Below are positions 52,217-64,000 of a DNA stretch of 64,000 bases, piece by piece. The stretch lies in contig OZ024748.1 of assembly GCA_964016885.1 (NCBI GenBank), positions 42,842,001 to 42,906,000 on the forward strand, in the 5' to 3' direction. Both the position numbers and the translations under genes were made by a program. A model generated the notes under the pieces. The model saw nothing but the letters and a program-made list of their open reading frames with translations. It was not told where the DNA came from and did not search any database. How positions within the stretch are numbered: the first letter of the stretch is position 1; every line of letters starts with the position of its first letter. This DNA is from Eledone cirrhosa (Eukaryota).

Positions 52217-55200
52217 CAGGCTAAAACAGCAACTGACCAGCAAGTTACCTCTGTCAGGCTAAAATATCAACTGACCAGCAAGTTAACTCTGTGTCAGGCT
52301 AAAACGGCAACTGACCAACAAGTTACCTCTGTGTCAGGCTAAAACAGCAACTGACCAACAAGTTACCTCTGTGTCGGGCTAAAACAGCAACTGACCAACA
52401 AGTTACCTCTGTGTCAGGCTAAAACAGCAACTGACCAACAAGTTACCTCTGTGTCAGGCTAAAATATCAACTGACCAACAAGTTACCTCTGTGTCAGGCT
52501 AAAATATCAACTGACCAACAAGTTACCTCTGTGTCAGGCTAAAATATCAACTGACCAGCAAGTTACCTCTGTGTCAGGCTAAAACAGCAACTGACCAGTA
52601 AGTTACATCTGTGTCAGGCTAAAACAGCAACTGACCAACAAGTTACCTCTGTCAGACTAAAATATCAACTGACCAGCAAGTTACCTCTGCGTCAGGCTAA
52701 AACAGCAACTGACCAGTAAGTTACCTCTGTGTCAGGCTAAAACAGCAACTGACCAACAAGTTACCTTTGTGTCTGGCTAAAACAGCAACTGACCAGTAAG
52801 TTACCTCTGTGTCAGGCTAAAACGGCAACTGACCAACAAGTTACCTTTGTGTCAGGTTAAAACAGCAACTGACCAGTAAGTTACCTCTGTGTCAGGCTAA
52901 AATATCAACTGACCAACAAGTTACCTCTGTGTCAGGCTAAAACAGCAACTGACCAGTAAGTTACCTCTGTGTCAGGCTAAAACAGCAACTGACCAGTAAG
53001 TTACCTCTGTGTCAGGCTAAAACATCAACTGACCAGCAAGTTACCTGTGTCAGGCTAAAATATCAACTGACCAGCAAGTTACCTCTGTGTCAGGCTAAAA
53101 CAGCAAGTTACCTCTGTCAGGCTAAAATATCAACTGGCCAGCAAGTTAACTCTGTGTCAGGCTAAAACGGCAACTGACCAACAAGTTACCTCTGTGTCAG
53201 GCTAAAACAGCAACTGACCAAGAAGTTACCTCTGTGTCGGGCTAAAACAGCAACTGACCAACAAGTTACCTCTGTGTCAGGCTAAAACAGCAACTGACCA
53301 ACAAGTTACCTCTGTGTCAGGCTAAAATATCAACTGACCAACAAGTTACCTCTGTGTCAGGCTAAAATATCAACTGACCAGCAAGTTACCTCTGTGTCAG
53401 GCTAAAACAGCAACTGACCAGTAAGTTACATCTGTGTCAGGCTAAAACAGCAACTGACCAACAAGTTACCTCTGTCAGACTAAAATATCAACTGACCAGC
53501 AAGTTACCTCTGCGTCAGGCTAAAACAGCAACTGACCAGTAAGTTACCTCTGTGTCAGGCTAAAACAGCAACTGACCAACAAGTTACCTTTGTGTCTGGC
53601 TAAAACAGCAACTGACCAGTAAGTTACCTCTGTGTCAGGCTAAAACGGCAACTGACCAACAAGTTACCTTTGTGTCAGGTTAAAACAGCAACTGACCAGT
53701 AAGTTACCTCTGTGTCAGGCTAAAATATCAACTGACCAACAAGTTACCTCTGTGTCAGGCTAAAACAGCAACTGACCAGTAAGTTACCTCTGTGTCAGGC
53801 TAAAACAGCAACTGACCAGTAAGTTACCTCTGTCAGGCTAAAACAGCAACTGACCAGTAAGTTACCTCTGTCAGGCTAAAACAGCAACTGACCAGTAAGT
53901 TACCTCTGTCAGGCTAAAACAGCAACTGACCAGTAAGTTACCTCTGTCAGGCTAAAACAGCAACTGACCAGTAAGTTACCTCTGTGTCAGGCTAAAACAT
54001 CAACTGACCAGCAAGTTACCTGTGTCAGGCTAAAATATCAACTGACCAGCAAGTTACCTCTGTGTCGGGCTAAAACAGCTACTGACCAACAAGTTACCTC
54101 TGTGTCAGGCTAAAACAGCAACTGACCAGCAAGTTACCTCTGTGTCAGGCTAAAACAGCAACTGACCAGTAAGTTACCTCTGTGTCAGGCTAAAACAGCA
54201 ACTGACCAGCAAGTTACCTCTGTGTCAGGCTAAAACAGCAACTGACCAACAAGTTACCTCTGTGTCAGGCTAAAACAGCAACTGACCAGCAAGTTACCTC
54301 TGTGTCAGGCTAAAACAGCAACTGACCAGCAAGTTACCTCTGTGTCAGGCTAAAACAGCAACTGACCAGTAAGTTACCTCTGTGTCAGGCTAAAACAGCT
54401 ACTGACCAACAAGTTACCTCTGTGTCAGGCTAAAACAGCTACTGACCAACAAGTTACCTCTGTGTCAGGCTAAAACAGCAACTGACCAGTAAGTTACCTC
54501 TGTGTCAGGCTAAAACAGCAACTGACCAGTAAGTTACCTCTGTGTCAGGCTAAAACAGCAACTGACCAGTAAGTTACCTCTGTGTCAGGCTAAAACAGCA
54601 ACTGACCAGTAAGTTACCTCTGTGTCAGGCTAAAACAGCAACTGACCAGTAAGTTACCTCTGTGTCAGGCTAAAACAGCAACTGACCAGTAAGTTACCTC
54701 TGTGTCAGGCTAAAACAGCAACTGACCAGTAAGTTACCTCTGTGCCAGACTAAAACAGCAACTGACCAGTAAGTTACATCTGTATCAGGCTAAAACATCA
54801 ACTGACCAGCAAGTTACCTCTGCCAGACTAAAACAGCAACTGACCAGTAAGTTACATCTGTATCAGGCTAAAACAGCAACTGACCAGTAAGTTACCTCTG
54901 TGTCAGGCTAAAACAGCAACTGACCAGCAAGTTACCTCTGTGTCAGACTAAAACAGCAACTGACCAGTAAGTTACCTCTGTGTCAGGCTAAAACAGCAAC
55001 TGACCAGTAAGTTACCTCTGTGTCAGGCTAAATCAGCAACTGACCAGTAAGTTACCTCTGTGTCAGGCTAAAACAGCAACTGACCAGCAAGTTACCTCTG
55101 TGTCAGGCTAAAACAGCAACTGACCAGCAAGTTTCCTCTGTGTCAGGCTAAAACAGCAACTGACCAGTAAGTTACATCTGTATCAGGCTAAAACAGCAAC

Positions 55201-55370
55201 TGACCAGCAAGTTACCTCTGTGTCAGGCTAAAACAGCAACTGACCAGCAAATTACCTGTGTCAGGCTAAAACAGCAACTGACCAGCAACTTACCTCTGTG
55301 TCAGGCTAAAACAGCAACTGACCAGCAAGTTTCCTCTCTGTCAGGCTAAAACAGCAACTGACCACTGTCA
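52217..55370. repeat. 40-bp minisatellite (tcaggctaaaacagcaactgaccagtaagttacctctgtg), ~79 copies
   Basis: Direct tandem repeat with variant units, bounded by a ~75-bp direct repeat. Confidence 0.97.
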
Positions 55371-56445
55371 GTCTTGTCTAGTTTTGTAGTTATGAAGCAA
55401 CCTGTTGCATATTCCAAGCTATATAATCTGTTTGATCTGTTGACAGGAACAATACATAATAATAAAATCAACAAAATGACTAATATTGACTTTGTACCCA
55501 TCCATACCAGTGTGAGCTCTTAGTTTATTGAGCTTTTAGGGACAAAAAACTGCAAAATGATTCACTGGCCTGTTTTTTTTTCTAAATAATTCAGTGTTTC
55601 ATTGAGCTGTAACGAACCTGTTGTGTTAGTTCTGTTGACTTTATAAATTGTCTACATTAGCGGCATAATAGTTATTCTGTAGATATTTATCTTTGAGAAA
55701 ATTTCATTGGTATTTGGTCAGTAATCTCTAGGCTCCTGTCAGTCTGAAAAACTGGAAATAGAATCTTTTTTAGGAGGAAAATAATTTATATTCTGTAGTT
55801 TTTGTTACCAAACTGCCTGAAACTGACCCTTACAATACAGAGCTGTTTATTTTAAAGTGTTTATATTTATTTAAAACCTTCCATCATACTTTTATGTAAG
55901 ACCCTTTGTTAAGTTATGTTCCAAACACCAGATTAATAATGACAACGTTATATTATTAAATTTTTCCTAATTTTTAATGATTTTTAATTTTAAAATATTT
56001 TTGTTTTAATAGTGTCCTTTATTAGAAATCTGTAATAAATTGGAAGATGCAAATATTTGCTTCATCAGTTATAAAGTGCCTCTCTTAGTAAAATTGGTCA
56101 GCTCCGCTGCAGTACTGACTTGGTCTTTATGGACCTGTCCAACTCTTGCCAGCAGGGAAAGCGGACATTAAAATGATGATGATAACCTATGTAAATTTTT
56201 ACTAGATAAAAATACGTTGACAGATTTTATTTACTTTTTAACAAATTAAGAAATGATTGAAATAGAAATAGGAAGCTTCACTATAAAATTTGACTACATA
56301 ATATAGTCTAAAAATGGGGCGTATAAACCCATCGAATGTTCAGTGGGTTTATATGTCAGGGTATAAGACAATTTTATTTTGATGTTACGGTGAAGCCTTC
56401 TATTTCAATTTTCAAACTTCACTCACTGCTTTCTAAACCTACTTC

Positions 56446-56635
56446 TTAACCCTTTAGCATTCACATTACTCTATATATACTATTGTATTTTCACAATAAA
56501 GGCTTTATCTCACATAGTATCGAATCTATGAGATTTTGATGTTATTTATTTTGAGAACAATACGTTAACATTAGTATGAGTGGCAAGTTACAACCGGTCT
56601 GAACCCAAAGAGGTGATAGAATTCTAAAGGGTTAA
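56446..56635. mobile_element. piggyBac-type MITE; a related degenerate copy at ~60870-61035
   Basis: TTAA-ccctttagcatt ... aattctaaaggg-TTAA. Confidence 0.7.
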
Positions 56636-58106
56636 GAAATAATCATTTTATGTTGGCATGGGTTGACTAGATCTGTCATTTGTCACCTGTAGCGGTCCTT
56701 TGTCATCTACCCCAAACACTCGCTCAAACAACAAATGGCTAATTCTTTTGTTGTCTATACTGTTATTTTTGGCATGGTTTTTACAGTTGGATTCCTTCCT
56801 ATCACCAATCATTTCATATTGTGGACTGTTTGTGTTTTATTGTGCTACAAGCGCTAGAGTTGTCTCCGTTTAATCCTTCATCATTCATATTACATCATTT
56901 TTAGGTCTGCTTTTCCAAGCTTGCATGAGTAGACCGTAATTTGTGGGAGTTAGGTTTGTCATACTGTTCATATTTTGGCAGGGTTTTTCTAGCTGGATGC
57001 TCTTCCTATCACCAACTGCCTTACAGTGTGGACTGGGTACATTATTCAGGCCACCAGCACTAGAGGTTGTCTTACTAGACTCTAGAGTCCTCTCCATCCT
57101 GTTTTAGTTTTTATTTGGAGTGTCTGCTCTCCTAGATGGATTGCCTTCACTACAGCTTATGGAGCCCACGTCTACCCCTTCCGTTTAAGTAAAATCTACC
57201 TGCTTAGAATTACAAATACATTATTATTATTATTTATTTGTTTCTCTTCTGAAAGTCATATGGTTCTTTATCAATTTATCCTTCAAACAGTTCTTTCTCC
57301 ACATCTCAATCTAATCTATCAGCCCAACTCACACCAATTCTTCTCCACTATCACATTCTGCATACCTCTATACACTTATCTTGCATATTTCATATGGAAC
57401 AAGATAATACATTCTAAATTCTTCCTATATGTATTATTATCATTATTATTACCTCATCAGTTTACAGTATCTTTAGATAAGATATTTTATATAATAAAAC
57501 CTTTCCCATGAACACAGCTCTTATTTCAACTTATTTCGAAAACCTATTGAAAATTCCGTTCTCCATTTGTATCTGAAGTCAGTGAAACTCAGTAAATACT
57601 GGAAACTGTTCACTAACACTACAATCTGATGTAGAACTGGGGATTGTTTTTACTGTTTTACACTTAATCTGTTCTCTAGTCCACCACAACCAGCTGGTCC
57701 TTTGGGTACCTTTAGTTGAGTTCATTCTGTAGCAAACATTTGGGCCAGGTTTCTGAGTCTGAGGACACCTTCCTTCTCTTCTACTAGTCTCAGAATCCTA
57801 GAATGTTTGCAACAAACTGAAATCTACTAATGGCACCCAAGGGCCAGGTGGTGGTGGTGTTAAACTGAGCAACAGACTTTGTCTACCCTACCAAGTATGC
57901 CACAGTGGGATTTGAACTCAGAATGCAAAGATCTGGAAGAAATACTGCAAGGTCACTTTTCTGATACAATACCAATTCCACCACTACACTGCCCCTGACT
58001 GGTACTTCATTTTACCATATTCTGCAGGTCTTTGAGAAATTCTGTGATGAGGACCAGGTTGTTAGCATGTATAGTTTTTAAATAGAAAATCTTTCATTTG
58101 ATATAT

Positions 58107-58268
58107 ACAGGATAGTGCATTATAAAGTAGCCCAGGTTCTGTTGCATTGTGTAAATACAGAAATAAATTTACACAGAAAAGCACCCAGCTTTTTGTGTGT
58201 GTAAATTTATATTTCTGTTTACACTATACTATGGAACCCTGAGCTAATTTTTCATGCACCACCCTGTA
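58107..58268. mobile_element. Palindromic Tc1/mariner-like MITE
   Basis: TA-cagg..gtgcat..tagc.caggttc and gaaccctgagcta..atgcaccaccctg-TA; the interior is also self-complementary. Confidence 0.65.
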
Positions 58269-59000
58269 TTATGTTTTCCATATTTTTTACCATTTCTACA
58301 TTTCTTAGATTAATATCATCATTTATATATCTGCAAATTTCATTAAAATCTCCTGTATGTTTTGTGTCGCTTCTTTTGTTTTAGTAAGATTAAGTCAATA
58401 TTGTATGTATTTCTATTTGTTATGAAATAGTTTTACTTCGAAGTATGTCAAAGTCAACAGAGCAGCTATTATTAACATGCTCTAAGTACATTTATGATCT
58501 ATTTTTGAGACAATGTATTGCTTTGTTTCCACTGATATATTCTTAAAGTTCAACTTTCTCTTCAACAAACCTTCTTAATGGCATTACTAGAACTTTATTT
58601 TGCAAGTTCTATTAAGAGTAGACAATGTGTTATTTAAAAGCTTTCTATTGTGTCAATAAATAATCTACCAGAAAATGTTGATATTTTTTTTTTTTTTATA
58701 AAGACCTGCGTATTTTCTCCATTTTCTCCATTAGTAAGTTAATTTATGTAGATTTTGAAAATGTTCTTTGGTTTGGAGAAATCTGTAAAATAGGATTTGT
58801 TTTAGTGTTTGTGTATTTAGTTTCATATCAGCATGCATGCACGTGTGTGCTATTTAAAGAAAAAAGGTTTAGAAGCTTTTTTTTTTTTCCTTTGTTTTTT
58901 GCACCAGTCACTCAAGTTTAACCCTTTTAATATATTTTTAATGAAAGACACTGCCTAGGATTTTCAATTAATTTTAAAAAAAAAGAGAGAGAGATTTACC

Positions 59001-60828
59001 ATATATGAGGGGGCCATACCAAAAGATTGGTGCAGTAGCATCATTGTCAACTGCTACAAAGGTAAAGGCGATGCACTAGATAGAGGAAACTATAGAGGTA
59101 TAAAGTTGATGGACCAGGTCATGAAAGTAACAGAAAGAGTTATAGCACAGCTGATTAGGGACCGGGTGAATATAGACGAGATGCAATTTGGGTTTGTTCC
59201 AGGGAAAGGCACCACTGATGCGCTCTTCCTTGTGAGGCAATTACAGGAAAAGTACCTAGCTAAAAGTAAGCCACTCTACTTGGCATTTGTCGACCTTGAG
59301 AAAGCCTTTGACAGAGTTCCACGTGCAGTAATCTGGTGGGCTCTTAGAAAACTAGGAGTAGATGAATGGCTTGTGAAAGCGGTACAAGCCATGTATAGGG
59401 GAGCAGTCAGCAAAGTTAGGATTGGCAATGAGTATAGCGAGGAATTTAGCGTACAGGTTGGGGTCCACCAGGGCTCTGTTCTTAGCCCTCTCCTGTTCAT
59501 CATAGTCCTGCAGGCAATAACGGAGGAGTTTAAGACCGGATGCCCATGGGAACTCCTGTATGCTGATGACCTCGCACTCATAGCTGAATCTATGGTAGAA
59601 CTAGAGAATAAATTCCAAACCTGGAAGCAGGGACTAGAGAGAAAGGGCCTCAAAGTCAACATGACAAAGACTAAGGTCCTTATAAGTAGACGAGAAAACA
59701 GAACCCAGATCCCCTCAGGGAAATGGCCTTGCTCAGTATGTAGGAAAGGTGTAGGTAGGAACTCCATTCTTTGCCCCAAATGCAAACAATGGGTACACAA
59801 GAGATGTAGCGGGATCTCAGGAAGCTTAATTAAGAATGTAGGATTCACATGCAGCAGCTGTGCTGAAACAGCAAGCAAACAGCCACAGGAAACAAGTACC
59901 ACCAATCTCTGGGAGGGCCCTGTAGAAACAGTAGACAGCTTCTGCTACCTAGGTGACCGAATTAGCAACGGAGGTGGGTGCTCAGAAAGTACAATAACTA
60001 GGGTAAGAACGGGATGGAAGAAGTTTAGGGAACTACTACCACTGCTAGCTGCAAAAGGCTTCTCCCTCAGAATGAAAGGCAGACTGTATGATGCGTGTAT
60101 CCGAACAGCGATGTTGCATGGTAGTGAGACCTGGGCGCTGAAGGTGGAAGACTTACGTAGATTAGAGAGAAACGAAGCCTGCATGCTCCGATGGATGTGT
60201 AACAGTAATATACGTGAACGACAAAGCATAAATGAATTGAGAGAGAGACTGAGCATAAGAGGAATCAAATGCTGCGTGCAGGAGAGGCGGTTACGCTGGT
60301 ATGGACATGTGATGCGTATGAAGGATGACAGCTGCATAAAAAGGTGCAGAGCACTAGAAGTTGATGGAAACCGCGGAGTGGGGAGACCCAAGATGACTTG
60401 GGATGAGGTGATAAAAGCCGACCTTACCCAACTACACCTCTCAAAGTCAATGACACACGACCGTGACTTCTGGCGTCACGCAGTAATACAGGGTACCCGA
60501 CCTCCCATGGGTACATGCTGAAGCATATAAACAATATGCCCCCCCCCCCCCCACCGCAAGGTGGTCGTGGAGGTGCCACGGCAAAAAAGCACCCAGCCCA
60601 CACTGTAAAGTGGACGTGTAGGCGCCACGAAAAAGCACCCAGCACTCACTGTAAATGAGGTTGGTGTTAGGAAGGGCATCCAGCTGTAGAAATCAAGCCA
60701 GATCAGTTCCTGTATGAGCAAGGCATGGTCAGCCGACCAGACACTGCCCACAACAGGACAACCCGTCTAACCCATGCTAGCGTGGAAGAACGGACGTAAA
60801 ACGGTGATGATGATGATGATGATGATGA
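59001..60828 (+). mobile_element. 5'-truncated RTE-clade LINE with 3'UTR and (GAT)n tail
   Basis: The open frame starts abruptly at EGAIPKDWCSSIIVNCYKGKGDALDRGNYRGIKL and runs to 60521. The 3'UTR has ggttggtgttaggaagggcatccagc, then (gat)n. Confidence 0.95.
59007..60521 (+). CDS. RTE reverse transcriptase (partial) with an inserted C4HC3 PHD-like finger
   Basis: Motifs QFGFVPGKGTTDA, FVDLEKAFD, GVHQGSVLSPLLF, YADD, FCYLG, RLRWYGHVMR and GRPKMTW. No internal stops. The APE endonuclease is lost to truncation. Confidence 0.93.
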   Translation, partial: EGAIPKDWCSSIIVNCYKGKGDALDRGNYRGIKLMDQVMKVTERVIAQLIRDRVNIDEMQFGFVPGKGTTDALFLVRQLQEKYLAKSKPLYLAFVDLEKAFDRVPRAVIWWALRKLGVDEWLVKAVQAMYRGAVSKVRIGNEYSEEFSVQVGVHQGSVLSPLLFIIVLQAITEEFKTGCPWELLYADDLALIAESMVELENKFQTWKQGLERKGLKVNMTKTKVLISRRENRTQIPSGKWPCSVCRKGVGRNSILCPKCKQWVHKRCSGISGSLIKNVGFTCSSCAETASKQPQETSTTNLWEGPVETVDSFCYLGDRISNGGGCSESTITRVRTGWKKFRELLPLLAAKGFSLRMKGRLYDACIRTAMLHGSETWALKVEDLRRLERNEACMLRWMCNSNIRERQSINELRERLSIRGIKCCVQERRLRWYGHVMRMKDDSCIKRCRALEVDGNRGVGRPKMTWDEVIKADLTQLHLSKSMTHDRDFWRHAVIQGTRPPMGTC

Positions 60829-62488
60829 CTCGAATATAAGCGATATTTTATTTTTTTTTTTTTGGTCACATATTCCTTTATCATTTAAACCGGCCATATC
60901 TGACCAAAATTCTCTCACCTCTTTTTGTTGAAACTGGCCATAACTGGCCGCTCATTATGCGAGATAATTATGTGAGGAAAAGCTTTTACCATGAAAACGC
61001 AGTAAATATAGAGTAATGTAAATGCTAAAGAGTTAAGTATCTACGGTAGTTATATAATTTTTTATATTAAATTGATGCTTAGAACATAATTTAAACATGC
61101 ATCTCTTAAAACAGTTTTTCATCATAGAAGCAGGTGTGGTTTCTTGGCAGTTGGTATCATAAGAGTTCAAGTTGGTTTAGTCTCTGTTTTTTGTTTCAGT
61201 ACTTTGCCTGTGGTCATTATAGAGTAGCTGTTACAGAACTTATATTGAGTTCAACACACAGAGTATTGTATGTAATTGTAATAATAATTAATTGTAACAA
61301 ATATTTAATTAATATTTAATTACTATTTCTATTGATGAAGCTTTTATATTTATTCTCATTCAGAGGAATTTAATATTGGCAATGAAATAAAATATTACCA
61401 AACTACAAAACAATTATCTGATAGGTTGACACTTTACTTTTGAAATATTGTAATTATTTTCTCTCATCTCAATTAGTGCTGCTCATTAGCAAGAATGGGT
61501 AGAGCATCCAGCTGTAAAAACTGTGCCAAATATGGGCGTCTACAAACAAGACTTCATTCTCTGACATGTGTCATTTGAAACCATGACAACCCATCCAACC
61601 CATGATATAACATGGGAAACGGATGTGAAATGATGATGATGATGTCTCCACTTGAATATTTAACACATTGTCTAAGTAATTACAACTTGTATTAGTGATG
61701 CTATTTAGTATGTCGTGTTAATAATCAAGAAAGCTAGGCATTCATTATTTTGTCAAATTATAAATCTACAAATTATAGTATGGTGAACCAGACTTTAAAC
61801 TGACCTCATATGTTGAATTGATGTACAGCTTGTTTAACTCTAGCAAGCCAGGAAAATAGACTTTAATGATGATAAACTACCGTCTGGCAATATTTTGAGG
61901 TGCACAGCGACTTTTTGATGCACATGGCAGCATTTTAAAGCAATTCTATGGCAGCATTTTGATGTGCATTGTACCAATACAGCAACTGTGTGGTCATGCA
62001 CTTGGAGTGGTTTAGAGGGACCGTTGCAGGGAAATTAGTTGTAATAAGGTAACAACACACTAGAAAGCTACTATGCTGTATTGACTAAGTTCTTAGAAAC
62101 TAATTGTGCCAAGCAGCTTATGGGAGTTATTTAAAATTTGTTTTGAGCTGTTTGACTATTGCTTGGTCATGGCTGACCAAGGCTAACCAAGGTCAACAAC
62201 AGCTAACCAAGACTGACCTCAACTGACCTTGTCAAGGCATTAGTCCACTGATGACACCTTCCTATAATAATGTTGCTGTCTGACACAAAAGTGCAGTGGA
62301 TGAATCATCATTATTTAGTATTACGATTGATTTAAAGGTTCTTGCTGCACATGTTGCATTCAATTTTTACAGCACGTGTTGCATTCAATGTAATTTATAC
62401 TTTGCATGATATTGAAAGGTGGTGGTGGTGGTGGTAATTTCTTTTATAAAACAAGAATAAAAAGAGAAATTTTGATTCTAGAATAGTG

Positions 62489-62770
62489 TGGAGGTGTGTG
62501 GCCTAGTGGTAAAGGTGTTGGACTTACGATCATAATATTGTGTGTTTGATTCCTGGGTTGTGTGTTGTGTTCTTGAACAAAACACCGCATTTCACATTGC
62601 TCCAGTATACTCAGTTGAAAATGGGTGCCAGCAGCAATAGCTAGGGGCTTAACCCTGTGATGGACTGGTGTCCAGTCAAGGAAGGAGGGGTCTTCTAGTC
62701 TTGGTCCCTTAACACCAAGGAAACCAAGATAAGCACCGGCCTTATGAGCCTCTGGGTAGACAAGACTACA
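62489..62770 (+). mobile_element. Older CORE-SINE with a different tail
   Basis: A box TGGCCTAGTGG and the CORE-like tttcacattgctccagtatactcagttgaaaatgg, followed by aaccctgtgatggactgg. Confidence 0.65.
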
Positions 62771-62864
62771 GTGATTTAAATTATCAAAGATGACAGAGAT
62801 GACCAAGATAGTTTTCAATTGGGTGTATTAATCTTACCTATTGATTCATGGTTGATAAAGTAAG

Positions 62865-63164
62865 TACTCTTGGGTCTCGAATAATCCCCCATTCCCTGTG
62901 CTTATTAAATTTTCCTAATCTATCTCCAGTGAAATTATATTTCAAGTAGTAGCATTCCTGCAACAATTAATTTTCTCTATACATTAAAAAACATTATACA
63001 TAACAAAAAAGTACATTACTCGAAATCTCATATTTTATAAAATAAATAGGGTGGATTGGGTCTCAATATGTAAACTAAACAACTAATTATGGTTTTTAAA
63101 AAAAAATCAAAGGAGACAACCTGGAAAAATTATCGATTCTCCTATTATTTGGGACCCGAGAGTA
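62865..63164. mobile_element. pogo-like MITE with TA TSD
   Basis: TActcttgggtctcgaataat ... attatttgggacccgagagTA. Confidence 0.65.
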
Positions 63165-64000
63165 CCGGTAATATATATTGGTGATCCAATAAATAACAAC
63201 AAAAACGCCTCTCCTATAAAATTTGGCTTGATGCTTAAATCAAAAGAAATCAATGTTTACTAACTAGATAATATTTAAATAATCATAAATCTAAGTCATA
63301 AATTGTAATAAGTTATATAGATTTAATGAAGTGACTAGATAATGTCATGAAACCATGTTGTCACAGCTACTTGTTGTCTTTGTTAAATCAATACATTGCA
63401 GATATTCTCTCTCGTATCTGCAATTATATTGACTAAAATGGCAGACAATATATACAGTACTAACAGTAGTCAGTCCGTTAGTTAGTTAGTCGGTCGTCTC
63501 TGAACTCAGTCTAGTTGCAAATCTATCCTATATTTATGTTAAGAAATTCTCTTAACATATGTTTCAAACACCAAATTCTTGATTATTTTCAGAATTATTT
63601 GAAAATCAAAGGCAATGTTTTTCATCAGAAATACACTAATCATCATCATCATCATCATCATCTTCACCGTTTAACATCTATTTTTCGTTGTATCATTGGT
63701 AGATGAGTTGTCCCATTTGAGTTAAGTAAAAAGACCATGTGTTTCTGGTTGGGTTTCTATGGCCGAATGCCCTTCCTAACACCAACCACATTTACAGTGT
63801 GTACAGAAAAAAACCTTGTAGTCTAACTTCAGTTTCTTAGTATCATTAATATGTTGTCCTGAGATTTCTTGTTCTTCATCTTCATCTTCGCCCACTTATT
63901 CCTGAGAGGGTCATGGGTGGGGACAGTCCTCAAACACTCCTTCAAGCAGGTCCTGTCAGAAGCAACCATCTCCAACTGATCCAGCTGGATCCCCCAAGTG

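Noticed and set aside
52217-55370. CRISPR-like appearance of the 40-bp and 35-bp arrays
   Set aside because: The units are contiguous with no unique spacers, the context is eukaryotic, and there are no cas genes.
59276-60391. Antisense ORFs of 209 and 148 aa
   Set aside because: Shadow frames of the RTE RT with no motifs of their own.
39150-63500. Candidate CLASP next exons after AG acceptors (39150, 40013, 43109, 45250, 47937, 58027, 61199, 63400)
   Set aside because: None gives the expected TOG1 continuation with a downstream donor.

Overview
This is AT-rich, microsatellite-saturated animal genomic DNA; the SINE/LINE repertoire suggests an octopus or other coleoid cephalopod (inference). 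Two host genes diverge. On the - strand are two coding exons of a mitochondrial-targeted, METTL17-like gene (2279-2175 and 277-112). On the + strand is the first coding exon of CLASP (16098-16274), and I see no further CLASP exon, so its intron appears to fill the remaining ~47.7 kb. The rest is repeats: a 5'-truncated RTE LINE with a PHD finger inside the RT, its CORE-SINE partner, Meta-like SINEs, an R4/Dong-type fragment in a (CATA)n tract, a Helitron, Tc1/mariner and piggyBac MITEs, and several minisatellites. The main finding is an unusually dense set of hammerhead ribozyme (HHR) motifs from several distinct families, mostly in fold-back Penelope-like remnants. The best example is an apparently identical 310-bp tandem-plus-inverted array (33616-35353) carrying six intact minimal type I hammerheads, which looks like a non-LTR retrozyme (circRNA-forming) locus inside the CLASP intron. 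Nearly all long ORF-track entries are microsatellite artefacts.
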